From a virus (Duplodnaviria; Caudoviricetes), in IMG/VR virus record IMGVR_UViG_3300038313_000153, positions 1 to 26,268 of that record: DNA of 26,268 nt, one strand, 5' to 3'. This document shows, piece by piece, positions 1 through 8,331 of the stretch. Within the stretch, counting starts at the first letter, position 1; every line of letters begins with the position of its first letter. The notes under the pieces were generated by a model. The model made no database searches, was not told where the DNA came from, and worked only from the letters and a program-made list of their open reading frames with translations. The position numbers and the translations under genes were made by a program.

Positions 1-21
1 TCTTTTGCTTCCCTTATCCAA
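1..21 (-). CDS. 5' end of a gene running off the left edge (MDKGSKR...)
   Basis: TTG at 21 preceded by AGGAGGG (28-34) with 6-nt spacing; frame open to position 1. Confidence 0.45.
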
Positions 22-61
22 ATATTGCCCTCCTACTGGCAAACCTAAGTAGTCTGTGCCC

Positions 62-361
62 TTATGTATTAGCATTCCTTTTAACCTTCCTTCGTTCTCT
101 CCTGTAGTTGCCCTGTTCGTCGTAAACCTTGCCACCGGGGATAAAGTTTATGCCTCTTACAAGTATTACTTGTTCTTGTTTAGCTGTTATGAATTTTCTT
201 TTAGCTCTGTAGCCTAAGTTGACTATAACCCCGCCTTCTCTACCTATTCTTTCAACTGTTCCTTCCATACCAACAGCCCATAGCGGTACTTGAAAGCCAG
301 CTGATGCTATTTTAACTGTGTCTCCTGTTATTACCTTTGAGTTTGGAGTTCTTATTCCCAT
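62..361 (-). CDS. hypothetical protein with KOW/SH3-like motif
   Basis: 99 aa ORF with GGGGG-type RBS; GDTVKI...GMEGTVERIG...VIVNL resembles a KOW motif; basic C-terminus. Confidence 0.6.
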   Translation of the reverse strand: MGIRTPNSKVITGDTVKIASAGFQVPLWAVGMEGTVERIGREGGVIVNLGYRAKRKFITAKQEQVILVRGINFIPGGKVYDEQGNYRRERRKVKRNANT

Positions 362-374
362 TTATATTTCCCCC

Positions 375-1016
375 TTATACAAAGTCATCAAATACTATAG
401 GGATTACATTTTTAAGTTTTTCAAGAGCCATACCGGCTACTTCCCTCATCTGTGGGTGTGGTGTTCCTGTGGTGCCTAAATAGCGCAAATTAAAAAAATG
501 TCTCCATTCTCTAATGTTGTAAGTTACTACTATCTCTGTTTTTAAGCTGTTGGGTAATACGCTTCTGGCCTGTTGGGCATTACAACCTAATTCCAATAAC
601 GCAAAATATGATGCCTCGGAGAATTTGCAACTGTTTTCCCATACTGCGTATTCGTCTGAGCCTTCGTCAAAGAATAACGGCTTTATAACGGTTATTTCGT
701 TCCCAAACCGCTTTTGTGAGTAGTTGCAATACCTAGTTGATTCCTGACTGTATGCCGCTAGTCTGTGGCGTACTATTTCGTGGCTCACTCCCCTGTCACA
801 AACAAACTTGACTGTAGCTGTGATATGCTCTAGTACTGAATGGTGGCCGTTATTTATTATTTTATTGATAAAACGGGCGGTTTCTTTTTCGTCCTCCCCT
901 TTTTTATCAGATTTGTAGCATACTCTCCCAGCCATCTCAGTAAGTTCCATCATTTCAATTCCCTGCAGTAAACATTTAGGGCTTAAAACTTCTACGGATG
1001 CGTTAATTATTTTCAT
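375..1016 (-). CDS. thyX: FAD-dependent thymidylate synthase ThyX
   Basis: Canonical motifs GHHSVLEH, SHEIVRHRLAAYSQESTRY (RHRx7S), ARSVLP, NIREWRHFFNLR, HPQMRE. Confidence 0.95.
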   Translation of the reverse strand: MKIINASVEVLSPKCLLQGIEMMELTEMAGRVCYKSDKKGEDEKETARFINKIINNGHHSVLEHITATVKFVCDRGVSHEIVRHRLAAYSQESTRYCNYSQKRFGNEITVIKPLFFDEGSDEYAVWENSCKFSEASYFALLELGCNAQQARSVLPNSLKTEIVVTYNIREWRHFFNLRYLGTTGTPHPQMREVAGMALEKLKNVIPIVFDDFV

Positions 1017-1022
1017 TTTTTA

Positions 1023-1127
1023 TTAGTCCTCCTCTTCAGTAAAGCCATTGCTAACATATGCTTCGTACATTCCTCTTATATATTCAGCAGCAGCTTGTGT
1101 GCCTTCCAATAATGATAAATTATCCAT
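1023..1127 (-). CDS. small hypothetical protein (34 aa, MDNLSLLEGTQAAAEYIRGMYEAYVSNGFTEEED)
   Basis: Read by hand; GAGGAGG RBS at 1134-1140; fills the gap upstream of thyX. Confidence 0.5.
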   Translation of the reverse strand: MDNLSLLEGTQAAAEYIRGMYEAYVSNGFTEEED

Positions 1128-1221
1128 TTTCATCCTCCTCTTCGTCTTTCTGCTCTTTTTCATCAAACTTCTCTAATGCTCTAGCAAGTGCTTCCTTATT
1201 TACAACCCAATAATCATGCAT
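1120..1221 (-). CDS. small acidic hypothetical protein (33 aa, MHDYWVVNKEALARALEKFDEKEQKDEEEDENG)
   Basis: Read by hand; overlaps the stop of the terminase small subunit gene and the start of the next ORF; no clear RBS. Confidence 0.4.
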   Translation of the reverse strand: MHDYWVVNKEALARALEKFDEKEQKDEEEDENG

Positions 1222-1912
1222 CGTCTTCGTCATCCCATATCTCTTCGGCTACGCCTGTTAAAGCTTCGATAAAGCCATCGTCTTCAAACTTCTGGGTTGC
1301 CCTGTCTTCCTTGTCCATAGCTAACCGTTCTTCCATTATTGCGACCTTGCGTTCTTCTATCTTTTGTTTCCAGTCAGCCGGCATTATGTCAAAATAATCC
1401 TCTATCTTTTGTAATGCTCTCATTCGGTCTTCTAACTCAACTTCTATTCCCTGTACGCCTTCTTTTAACCTATGAATTATTTGACCGTCTAAGTATTCAG
1501 CTGGCTTAACTTTTACTCTGCCTGTAGCAGTAATATCTACAAAATCAGCCATGTCAGCAAATGCTATCCTAGCATACATATCAACAACATCCATCGCTGA
1601 TATATGCAGTTCCTTACTGAGCCTTAGTTTCAACCAACAAATATATCTGTTTACGGCGTACTTTTTACGTATAGACCAGCCCATCACATTGGCAGACGAG
1701 GTTGTATAGCCTGCCTTTATAGCTGCTGTCTTAATGTTAAAATTGTGAACATAATACTCGCAAAATTTGCGTTCCTTTTCAGTAAGCGGTGCTACAACTT
1801 CTTTCCTTGATAAACCTAGCAATTCCTCTTCGTCTTCTTCAAGATATAAAGCGTTATCACCTTCACGAATATATTGCCTTGTAGTTCTCCTGTCCTTTTT
1901 CACCTTTTCCAC
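1214..1912 (-). CDS. terminase small subunit
   Basis: LTEKERKFCEYYVHNFNIKTAAIKAGY HTH typical of the Terminase_2 family; ARIAFADMADFV and VELEDRMRAL motifs. Confidence 0.85.
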   Translation of the reverse strand: MEKVKKDRRTTRQYIREGDNALYLEEDEEELLGLSRKEVVAPLTEKERKFCEYYVHNFNIKTAAIKAGYTTSSANVMGWSIRKKYAVNRYICWLKLRLSKELHISAMDVVDMYARIAFADMADFVDITATGRVKVKPAEYLDGQIIHRLKEGVQGIEVELEDRMRALQKIEDYFDIMPADWKQKIEERKVAIMEERLAMDKEDRATQKFEDDGFIEALTGVAEEIWDDEDDA

Positions 1913-1927
1913 CTGCCTTTATACACA

Positions 1928-1963
1928 AAATAGGTAGAGAACTTTTACTTTCCCTACCTATTT
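1928..1963 (-). terminator. stem-loop, probable intrinsic terminator
   Basis: Minus strand AAATAGGTAGGGAA-loop-TTCTCTACCTATTT followed by TGTG. Confidence 0.65.
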
Positions 1964-1972
1964 GCATTAAAT

Positions 1973-2344
1973 TTAGTCGTCTTGCATCCTTTGCTGTCTG
2001 TATGTAGTCTTTACATCTAGTGATTCCTTTAGCCTTTTCCTAAAGGTTATCATGTTGCATCTACTGCAATTGTATTCCTCGTTAATAAAAAATGATGAGT
2101 GCATGTCTTTGCATGTATTACAAAACCTATCAGCTATTTCAGCATCGTCTAATGTACAGAATAGCTCTAACTTAAACTTGGTCCAATTCGGTGTTTCCTT
2201 GACTTTACTTATTTTCCACGTTGAGTCGTGAAGATGTTTGTTTGAAATAATATTAATTGCCAACCACTTGCAAACCTTCATATAAGCGTCCTTTGACTTA
2301 GCAGCTTTGAATGTCCTTTCAAAATACTTTTCGCTTATTTGCAT
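1973..2344 (-). CDS. hypothetical protein, possible Zn-binding
   Basis: 123 aa; CNTC...CSRC pairs. Confidence 0.65.
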   Translation of the reverse strand: MQISEKYFERTFKAAKSKDAYMKVCKWLAINIISNKHLHDSTWKISKVKETPNWTKFKLELFCTLDDAEIADRFCNTCKDMHSSFFINEEYNCSRCNMITFRKRLKESLDVKTTYRQQRMQDD

Positions 2345-2824
2345 TTATTCCGCCCCCTGACCCCATCTAATTATTTTAACCTCTGAGGTTCTGTGTCCCA
2401 TTCTGAGAGCCTCTTGATGATTTGGTATATAAATATCAATCTTATTTCCTTGAATTGACTGTCCTCTATCCTCAACCTCGTAGAGGTTACCATCAATTTC
2501 AACCAATGTACCAAACGGGAAACGGTTGTCCATCGCTATTGTGTGGTTTTCCCTTGCTAACCTGCCATTAGCCGTTATTCCTCTCGAGGGGTTGCCAAAT
2601 GATTTACCTGTACATTTTTCACATGAGCAATAATAATATATGTCTGCAATAATAACTTCGCTCTCAGATGATTCTGCAACCTCGAGTAAACTTTCAACTT
2701 CCTGCATAACCTCGATTGGCTTGTTACATGGCGCAATTTGCTCTTGTACGTTTTTATCAACTGTATGTAATGCAAAAAGTATGATTCCTGATAAAAGTAA
2801 AACTGATAATATCTTTGCTTTCAA
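2345..2824 (-). CDS. secreted or membrane-anchored 3D-domain (cell-wall/lytic transglycosylase-like) protein
   Basis: N-terminal hydrophobic signal; TANG...IAMDNRFPFGTLVEIDG...VEDRGQSIQGNKIDIY three-Asp motif. Confidence 0.85.
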   Translation of the reverse strand: MKAKILSVLLLSGIILFALHTVDKNVQEQIAPCNKPIEVMQEVESLLEVAESSESEVIIADIYYYCSCEKCTGKSFGNPSRGITANGRLARENHTIAMDNRFPFGTLVEIDGNLYEVEDRGQSIQGNKIDIYIPNHQEALRMGHRTSEVKIIRWGQGAE

Positions 2825-2836
2825 GCTATTCCCTCC

Positions 2837-3289
2837 CTAAGCGTTTACTTCAATTTCCATTTTTGCTAACCTATCAGCCTCTTCATTGTATTTATTTCCG
2901 CTATGGCCTTTTACTTTGTAAAAGCTACAACTTATTTTGCCATAAGCAAGGCTAAATAATTCAAGCCACAAATCTTTGTTTTTTACATCAGTACCTGCTT
3001 TTGTTTCCCAGCCATTTTTTGCCCATGCTAACAGCCAATTCTGCTTTACGGCATTAACAACGTAAGCGCTATCTGAAAATATATGGATATTATCGGCATT
3101 TTGCTCTGTTGCTAACCTTATCGCTTCTATTGCTGCTTTAAGCTCCATGCGGTTGTTTGTTGTATCAGCCTCATAACCTGAAATATGATATTTCTTCTTT
3201 TTTGAAGGAATTAAAATGATAGCGCCCCACCCACCGGGGCCAGGATTGCCACTACAAGCACCATCAGTAAAAGCTTTTATTATTTCCAT
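2837..3289 (-). CDS. rnhA: ribonuclease HI
   Basis: TDGACSGNPGPGGWG, TTNNRMEL, SDSAY, VKNKDLW, VKGHSG, NEEADRLA. Confidence 0.96.
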   Translation of the reverse strand: MEIIKAFTDGACSGNPGPGGWGAIILIPSKKKKYHISGYEADTTNNRMELKAAIEAIRLATEQNADNIHIFSDSAYVVNAVKQNWLLAWAKNGWETKAGTDVKNKDLWLELFSLAYGKISCSFYKVKGHSGNKYNEEADRLAKMEIEVNA

Positions 3290-3645
3290 ATATCAACTTT
3301 CCTTTCAGAGTCAAACATCTTACCTAGCTCTATGTAACCATATAAAACCAAAATAGACTTGCACATGCCCTCATACAGTGTCCGGGCTATAATCGTATAA
3401 ATATGCTGATGTTCAACAACTTCTTTAATCATAAACGACCAAGCTTTTTCCGAGGATGAATTAATATAAGCAATTCTGACAGGGTACTTTTTAATTACTT
3501 TTTTATACCCCTCTTCTAATACCTCTAGGGTGAGCTCGTCCGCTTCAAAACGCCTGAACCATTTTGTCTTCAAGACTGCCTTCTTCAACTTGGTAAGACT
3601 TTCATTATCATCTATTTTCATATGTAATATATCTTCTAACTTCAT
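3280..3645 (-). CDS. hypothetical protein
   Basis: 121 aa ORF with GGGGAGG RBS, overlapping rnhA start. Confidence 0.7.
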   Translation of the reverse strand: MKLEDILHMKIDDNESLTKLKKAVLKTKWFRRFEADELTLEVLEEGYKKVIKKYPVRIAYINSSSEKAWSFMIKEVVEHQHIYTIIARTLYEGMCKSILVLYGYIELGKMFDSERKVDIWK

Positions 3646-3666
3646 GCCTTCCTCCCCTTAATTTAT

Positions 3667-3699
3667 AAAAAAGGGGGCTAAGCTTCCCTAGCCCCTTTT
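3667..3699 (-). terminator. intrinsic terminator (bidirectional-type)
   Basis: AAAAAGGGGGCTA-agcttccc-TAGCCCCTTTT, T-tract on both strands. Confidence 0.75.
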
Positions 3700-3725
3700 G
3701 GCTCTTTGTGCAGAGTCGTTACTTC

Positions 3726-4280
3726 CTAGATGTCCCAGTCATCATCGTCGTCTTCAGGCTTGCCAGCTGTTTTTTCCAGCATTGCAACTACGTCGGCCTT
3801 GGTCATGCCCTTTTTGATTTTACAACCCATCTCTTTTGCAGCTTCCTTGAGTTCAGACTGTGACATCTTGGAAAAGTCAGGTCCATCTTCTGTGGTTTCT
3901 TCGTCATCGTCGTCCCATTCATCTTCCTCTACGTCTTCTTTTTCCTTTTTGCTGGCCTTTTTACCCTTTTTGCCGGCAGGCTTTTCCTTTTTGTCTTCCT
4001 TGTCCTTTTTGCTTTTGCCTTTGGAGGCTTTTTCCTCTTTTTCCTCAGGTGGAGCTTCGTCCTCATACTCGTAAGGTTCTACTCCTTCAATCATTCCTTT
4101 GTTGATTTGACGGACCGAGATATGTGACGGGATAGATTTGATTATTTCAACCAAACCGGCTTCAGACGATGCGTTGACCGCAAACATCGGGAAACGTCTA
4201 CAGATATCAGCTATTGCTTCTTTGTCTTCTCCTGCCCTAATAACATCCAATGCGTCTCCGGGTCTCCAATTCTTAGCCAT
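3726..4280 (-). CDS. acidic/basic low-complexity protein with C-terminal Rho-N/HeH-like motif
   Basis: Likely start MAKNW (GAGG RBS); Lys-rich then Asp/Glu-rich linker; FSKMSQSELKEAAKEMGCKIKKGMTKADVVAML; ends DDDDDWDI. Confidence 0.7.
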   Translation of the reverse strand: MAKNWRPGDALDVIRAGEDKEAIADICRRFPMFAVNASSEAGLVEIIKSIPSHISVRQINKGMIEGVEPYEYEDEAPPEEKEEKASKGKSKKDKEDKKEKPAGKKGKKASKKEKEDVEEDEWDDDDEETTEDGPDFSKMSQSELKEAAKEMGCKIKKGMTKADVVAMLEKTAGKPEDDDDDWDI

Positions 4281-4380
4281 TTTTAATTTCCTCGCTTTCA
4301 TTTTTAAAATTTATTTTTAATGTTTGTTTTCTAACAACTATGTGCCTCTTCTGGAGCGATAGTCTAAACAAATTGTAAAA

Positions 4381-4533
4381 CTAAAATTTTAATTTGTTTA
4401 AAGCAAAAATGTAAAATTCTAATGCCCTTAAGCTTTCTAAAGCTGTTTCATAATCCTCATCCTTAAAGTCCTCTACTAACCTATCTAAAACCTCCTTTGC
4501 GAGTAATTTACATTTGAGATATTCTTTGTCCAC
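4381..4533 (-). CDS. small hypothetical protein (50 aa, MDKEYLKCKLLAKEVLDRLVEDF...)
   Basis: Read by hand, absent from the ORF track; perfect AAGGAGGTG RBS before GTG. Confidence 0.7.
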   Translation of the reverse strand: MDKEYLKCKLLAKEVLDRLVEDFKDEDYETALESLRALEFYIFALNKLKF

Positions 4534-4566
4534 TTGTTCACCTCCTTAAAAAAAGAGAGAGAAGGG

Positions 4567-4587
4567 GGAGGGGGCCGAAGCCCCTCC
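4567..4587 (-). terminator. terminator-like hairpin with cUUCGg loop
   Basis: GGAGGGGC-TTCG-GCCCCCTCC followed by a pyrimidine/T tract. Confidence 0.7.
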
Positions 4588-4591
4588 ATTA

Positions 4592-4918
4592 TTATTTATT
4601 TTCAAAAATAGATTTTTTATCATTCCAAAATCTTACCTTCTCATTGATAATCTTTTCGAATTGCTCGAATTTCCTTCTGCTTACAAAATATCCTTCCTTT
4701 TGAGCCTTGCCAATGGTGTACGAAATGTTGTCTATCGGCGTTTTAACTTTTGCTCCGGATTCTGTAATAAATATAAGATGATTCTTTGTCGCTTTTAGTA
4801 AAATTGCTTTTTCACCAAAAACTGTCGTTCCTGCCCCGCATCTGCAAACCGTAAACTCTTCTCCCGTATTAATCGTAACCATCTGCCCGTAGTCCCATAC
4901 CTTAAAACTTTTTTCCAT
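4592..4918 (-). CDS. hypothetical early-type protein
   Basis: 108 aa ORF with its own promoter, conserved leader motif and downstream hairpin. Confidence 0.75.
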   Translation of the reverse strand: MEKSFKVWDYGQMVTINTGEEFTVCRCGAGTTVFGEKAILLKATKNHLIFITESGAKVKTPIDNISYTIGKAQKEGYFVSRRKFEQFEKIINEKVRFWNDKKSIFENK

Positions 4919-4974
4919 CTTTATCTTCCTCCTCTGAGTGATTTATTTTTGACCCTTTTTCGTGGCCTGATAAT

Positions 4975-5002
4975 ATTATACCATATATGGCTGAAATGTA
5001 AA
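4975..5002 (-). promoter_or_regulatory. sigmaA-type promoter
   Basis: TTTACA-16 nt-TATAAT with extended TG and upstream A-tract. Confidence 0.75.
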
Positions 5003-5032
5003 CCATTTTTGTAAATATTTTTTTAATTATTA

Positions 5033-5263
5033 CTAAATATCTAGTTCGTCGATTGCTTCATTGATGGCTTCGCTTACCTTTGGTAGCATTTCAGCTGGAA
5101 TATTAAGTGCCCCTTTGAGAAAAAAATTCATCGGCTTTCCTTCTTCGTCTACAGTATGTATTTGCTGGCCGATGATGATTTTATCCTCCTGCTCGTTGTG
5201 ACTAATAACAATTGTTCTTTTGTCGGTAACCTTTACCCGGACAATTTCTTTCAAGTTTCTCAT
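5033..5263 (-). CDS. small protein, possibly PC4/YdbC-like ssDNA-binding fold
   Basis: Predicted beta strands followed by KGALNIPAEMLPKVSEAI helix, a pattern resembling PC4-like proteins. Confidence 0.5.
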   Translation of the reverse strand: MRNLKEIVRVKVTDKRTIVISHNEQEDKIIIGQQIHTVDEEGKPMNFFLKGALNIPAEMLPKVSEAINEAIDELDI

Positions 5264-5463
5264 GTCGCCCTCTCCTTTTTCTTGTTTTGATATTTTCTTA
5301 TTTCTGATAAAATTATTTCGTAGGCCATTGCCTTTTTTGTTTTAACAAGGTCATTCTCTATAGGCTTTTCAAAGCTGCGCCCCTCTTTTAAGGCAGCCGC
5401 TTCCCCTTCTGTCTGCTTGACAATTTGAACGATTGACTTGAGGAGCTCCCTCTTAGTCGCCAT
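5260..5463 (-). CDS. hypothetical protein
   Basis: Likely start MATKRELLK; coupled to neighbouring genes. Confidence 0.6.
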   Translation of the reverse strand: MATKRELLKSIVQIVKQTEGEAAALKEGRSFEKPIENDLVKTKKAMAYEIILSEIRKYQNKKKERAT

Positions 5464-5827
5464 CTTCGTCAACCTCGACTTCTACATCAGCACTGAGCTT
5501 TATTTTAAGCAGCTCTTCCTCACCTATGATTGCTACCAGATTATCATGTTCTATGTAGTCAATGTCTGATGTAAGCTTAAGATGCCCTTGGCCATCCCGG
5601 TCAATGCTTAGCCCTTGGAAGTTAAATGTACCTAGCTTAAGGGCTTTCTTTCCTGCTGCTTTTACAATAACATCAATGTGCTGGCCAACAAGCATAATTA
5701 CTCTGGCCATGCTTACTCTTTCGTCATAAGCAAATTTAAGCTTTAACTCGAGAATCCTATTTTTCTTAGTGCTGTGGCCGTCATATTGGCCAACTGCTGT
5801 CACTACAATTTCCTGTGTTTCGCTCAA
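5453..5827 (-). CDS. hypothetical protein
   Basis: 124 aa ORF coupled to upstream gene. Confidence 0.7.
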   Translation of the reverse strand: MSETQEIVVTAVGQYDGHSTKKNRILELKLKFAYDERVSMARVIMLVGQHIDVIVKAAGKKALKLGTFNFQGLSIDRDGQGHLKLTSDIDYIEHDNLVAIIGEEELLKIKLSADVEVEVDEDGD

Positions 5828-6315
5828 TTCCTCGACCTCCTATTTTCATATTCCTGCTGCTTTTCTTCCCAAAATTTTTCTTTGTTACCCGAAGTGATTT
5901 TACACCTATTTAGCTGGCTTGCCGTCTCATCTTGGTCCTTTTGAAGCAATTCATTTATAATAGTAGGTTGTGGCTTGTTCGCCATTGAAAGATTATTACC
6001 AAACAAATGGTTATATACCTCTTGTATGTTATTAACCTCTACGACCAAATAAAGCCTATCTGGCTTAATGAAGTCTATTAGGAATACCGGTGCCTTATGC
6101 TCTACCATAGCGTGGTATTCCAACTTCTTGATATCATCAAGCGTTATTCTATAGCTGCTTGCGTCTGTTGACTTAAGTTGGGCTAACACATGGTCATTAT
6201 AGCCGTCTTCCTTTTCCTTCCAACCTGAACCAGATGCTTTAGTCGGCGTAAGGCCCAACCTCTCCATTATTTCCTTTTCACGCTTGAAATACCACTTAAT
6301 TGGTCTTTTTGCCAT
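5824..6315 (-). CDS. Hjc-like PD-(D/E)XK endonuclease / Holliday junction resolvase
   Basis: KREKEI...SGSG.KEKEDG...AQLKST pattern; start probably MAKRPIKW. Confidence 0.6.
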   Translation of the reverse strand: MAKRPIKWYFKREKEIMERLGLTPTKASGSGWKEKEDGYNDHVLAQLKSTDASSYRITLDDIKKLEYHAMVEHKAPVFLIDFIKPDRLYLVVEVNNIQEVYNHLFGNNLSMANKPQPTIINELLQKDQDETASQLNRCKITSGNKEKFWEEKQQEYENRRSRN

Positions 6316-6634
6316 TTTGAATCTCCATAATACCCATAATAGCATAATTAGCTAAGTCCAGCAGGGTGTCGATTGCCGTCTCATCGTTCTCCTCTGCACC
6401 CTTAAGCAGGAGCTGTTTTGCTCGGCTAAGCTTGTCGTCTAGTCTAATACATAACATCGTCGGCCCATACTCTTCATAGGTCTTTGAGAATGAATTGCCA
6501 TAGGCTTGGTTCTTTTGCTCATACAGGTCGTTTAGGAACATACACAACCTCTTGTGGTCCCTAACGTTAGCAGGTTTCTCCTCGTCCGTAGGCTTAAGAT
6601 AAAACGGCTCTCCGAAAGCTGAATCACTGCCCAT
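6296..6634 (-). CDS. DUF1599 / nucleotide-modification-associated domain 1 (Nmad1) protein
   Basis: KNQAYGNSF, IRLDDKLSR, ETAIDTLLDLANYAIM. Confidence 0.85.
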   Translation of the reverse strand: MGSDSAFGEPFYLKPTDEEKPANVRDHKRLCMFLNDLYEQKNQAYGNSFSKTYEEYGPTMLCIRLDDKLSRAKQLLLKGAEENDETAIDTLLDLANYAIMGIMEIQNGKKTN

Positions 6635-6669
6635 ATTGCATACCTCCTTCTAAGAATTGAGTTCTCTAT

Positions 6670-6981
6670 TTACCTCCCCTTGCATAACCTTTCCGCGTCA
6701 TGGGAAAGCTTAATGGCATCCTCAGGACTTAATTTGTTTGGTAGGTCATATCCAGTACTACCATCAAAGTCCTTAAAGTAACAGGCATAACGTGACAACC
6801 TCGACTGCCTTGGATGTTGTCCCATTAAGCTTACCAACTGATAGCAGTTATGGTCAAACTGTGAATCTGTCACAACGCTTTGTCCTAGATTGTAGTAAAC
6901 AATGCTATGAACAACAATCCACCTCTGTAGTAGTTCAATCTTTTCTAACACAGTAAAGTATGGGTTGTTTTTAAAGTTCAC
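6670..6981 (-). CDS. stand-alone NAD-dependent DNA ligase domain Ia-like protein
   Basis: HSIVYYNLGQSVVTDSQFD resembles the LigA N-terminal YY..D.P.I.D.EYD motif; no adenylation domain follows. Confidence 0.7.
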   Translation of the reverse strand: MNFKNNPYFTVLEKIELLQRWIVVHSIVYYNLGQSVVTDSQFDHNCYQLVSLMGQHPRQSRLSRYACYFKDFDGSTGYDLPNKLSPEDAIKLSHDAERLCKGR

Positions 6982-7004
6982 GCTAGCCTCCTTTCAATAA
7001 AAGC

Positions 7005-7074
7005 ACTAAGGACGGGTGGTTAGTCCGTCCTTAGTAAGTAAGGGGGTAGGGGGTATAAAAAGGGAAGGCCCTTT
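7005..7074 (-). terminator. tandem terminator hairpins after the AAA+ gene
   Basis: AAAGGG-CCTT-CCCTTTTT (7059-7074) and 11-bp ACTAAGGACGG/CCGTCCTTAGT stem (7005-7035) followed by GCTTTT. Confidence 0.75.
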
Positions 7075-8194
7075 AGGCGATTGCCTTCAGGGCTTTCCAA
7101 TACTTATTACTGATGTTAACCAGTCTGATTGTTTTGATAGTGTCCTTGTCCATTCCTTTTACAACTGCTATTACCATAACTTTATCCAAAGGAAGGGCTT
7201 TTTCTAATTTGCTTACCGAGATGATTGCCCGGTAGCTGAAGGTTGCTCTAATTCCGATTGATTTGCATTCACTTCTAAGTTCGTTGATGAAGTCAACCAG
7301 TTCCTTATTCCCTTTAGCCAGTGCCAATTCTATATTTCTGTCATAATCAAATTCTATAACTGCGAAGCGGTCCAGCGAGCTTTGGTCTAGAGTTAACCTT
7401 CCAGTGTACTGCTCGTCAGCTCCATCTCCAACTGTGTTTCCTGCCGCAACTATTCTGAAGTCCGGGTGAGCATTTATTTTGCCATTCGGGAACTCGAAAT
7501 ATCTGTTAGCTATTGCTGCATTTAGTAGAACTAAAACCTCTGGAATGCTGGCGTCCATTTCGTCTAGGAAAAATAATCCACCGTCCTTGAAAGCTTTGTA
7601 GAACTCTGTCTCGTGGAATGTTCCGCCTGCATCGATGAATCCTGTTACCTTGAACTCCTGCTGCACTGCGTTGGTGAAGTAGAAGTCTAATTCTAGGTCC
7701 GTTGCTATTTGCTGAAGCGTGTGGTTTTTACCTGAGCCAGCTGGCCCTACCAAATATACCGGGACATCGTTCTCAATGCATGCTTTGATTGTTTCATATT
7801 CTTTGTGTACTACGTATCCGTCCCCGTTTGTGGCTTTTTCTTCTTGTTCCTTTTCAATCTTTTCGATTGCCTTTTCAAAGGTAATTCCTTTTTCGTAGTT
7901 CCCTATCCATTCAACGTCTTGTGCTTCGTTATTTTCGTTTACCTGTGAGAGCTTGTAGATGTTTGTGTTTAAGTTGAATAGGTAGCTTCCTGCCAAGATG
8001 CCGGTTTTCCGAGGGTAGAGCTTTCTTGTGTGAGCCTTACGACCTTTGGTGATTATTGCCTTTTTGAAGTTGTCAAGTACTTGTACATTTAAGCTGTTGT
8101 TGTTTACCTTAATTTCCACTTGCTTGTCCTCCTCTTGAGTGTTGATATTCTTCACCATGACTGCCTTTTCAGTTTCCTTTAAGATTTCCAACAT
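7073..8194 (-). CDS. MoxR/CbbQ/CobS-like AAA+ ATPase
   Basis: Walker A GPAGSGKN, Walker B FFLDEMD, HPDFRIVAAGNT, LDQSSLDRF. Confidence 0.9.
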   Translation of the reverse strand: MLEILKETEKAVMVKNINTQEEDKQVEIKVNNNSLNVQVLDNFKKAIITKGRKAHTRKLYPRKTGILAGSYLFNLNTNIYKLSQVNENNEAQDVEWIGNYEKGITFEKAIEKIEKEQEEKATNGDGYVVHKEYETIKACIENDVPVYLVGPAGSGKNHTLQQIATDLELDFYFTNAVQQEFKVTGFIDAGGTFHETEFYKAFKDGGLFFLDEMDASIPEVLVLLNAAIANRYFEFPNGKINAHPDFRIVAAGNTVGDGADEQYTGRLTLDQSSLDRFAVIEFDYDRNIELALAKGNKELVDFINELRSECKSIGIRATFSYRAIISVSKLEKALPLDKVMVIAVVKGMDKDTIKTIRLVNISNKYWKALKAIA

Positions 8195-8256
8195 TAATAT
8201 CGTCCTCCTCTGAGTGTTGTTTTTTTTGGTGGTTATGGTATGTACCCCCTATTCGA

Positions 8257-8268
8257 TTTTCAAAGAGC
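8257..8268 (-). promoter_or_regulatory. boxA-like antitermination element
   Basis: GCTCTTTGAAAA in the leader of the AAA+ gene, matching the Firmicute rrn boxA pattern. Confidence 0.55.
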
Positions 8269-8294
8269 TTGGGAAGTCCGTGTCCTTAATTATT

Positions 8295-8322
8295 ATTATA
8301 TCATAACCACCGGAAAAGTAAA
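8295..8322 (-). promoter_or_regulatory. sigmaA-type promoter
   Basis: TTTACT-16 nt-TATAAT with extended TG and upstream A-tract. Confidence 0.75.
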
Positions 8323-8331
8323 CCTTTTTTT

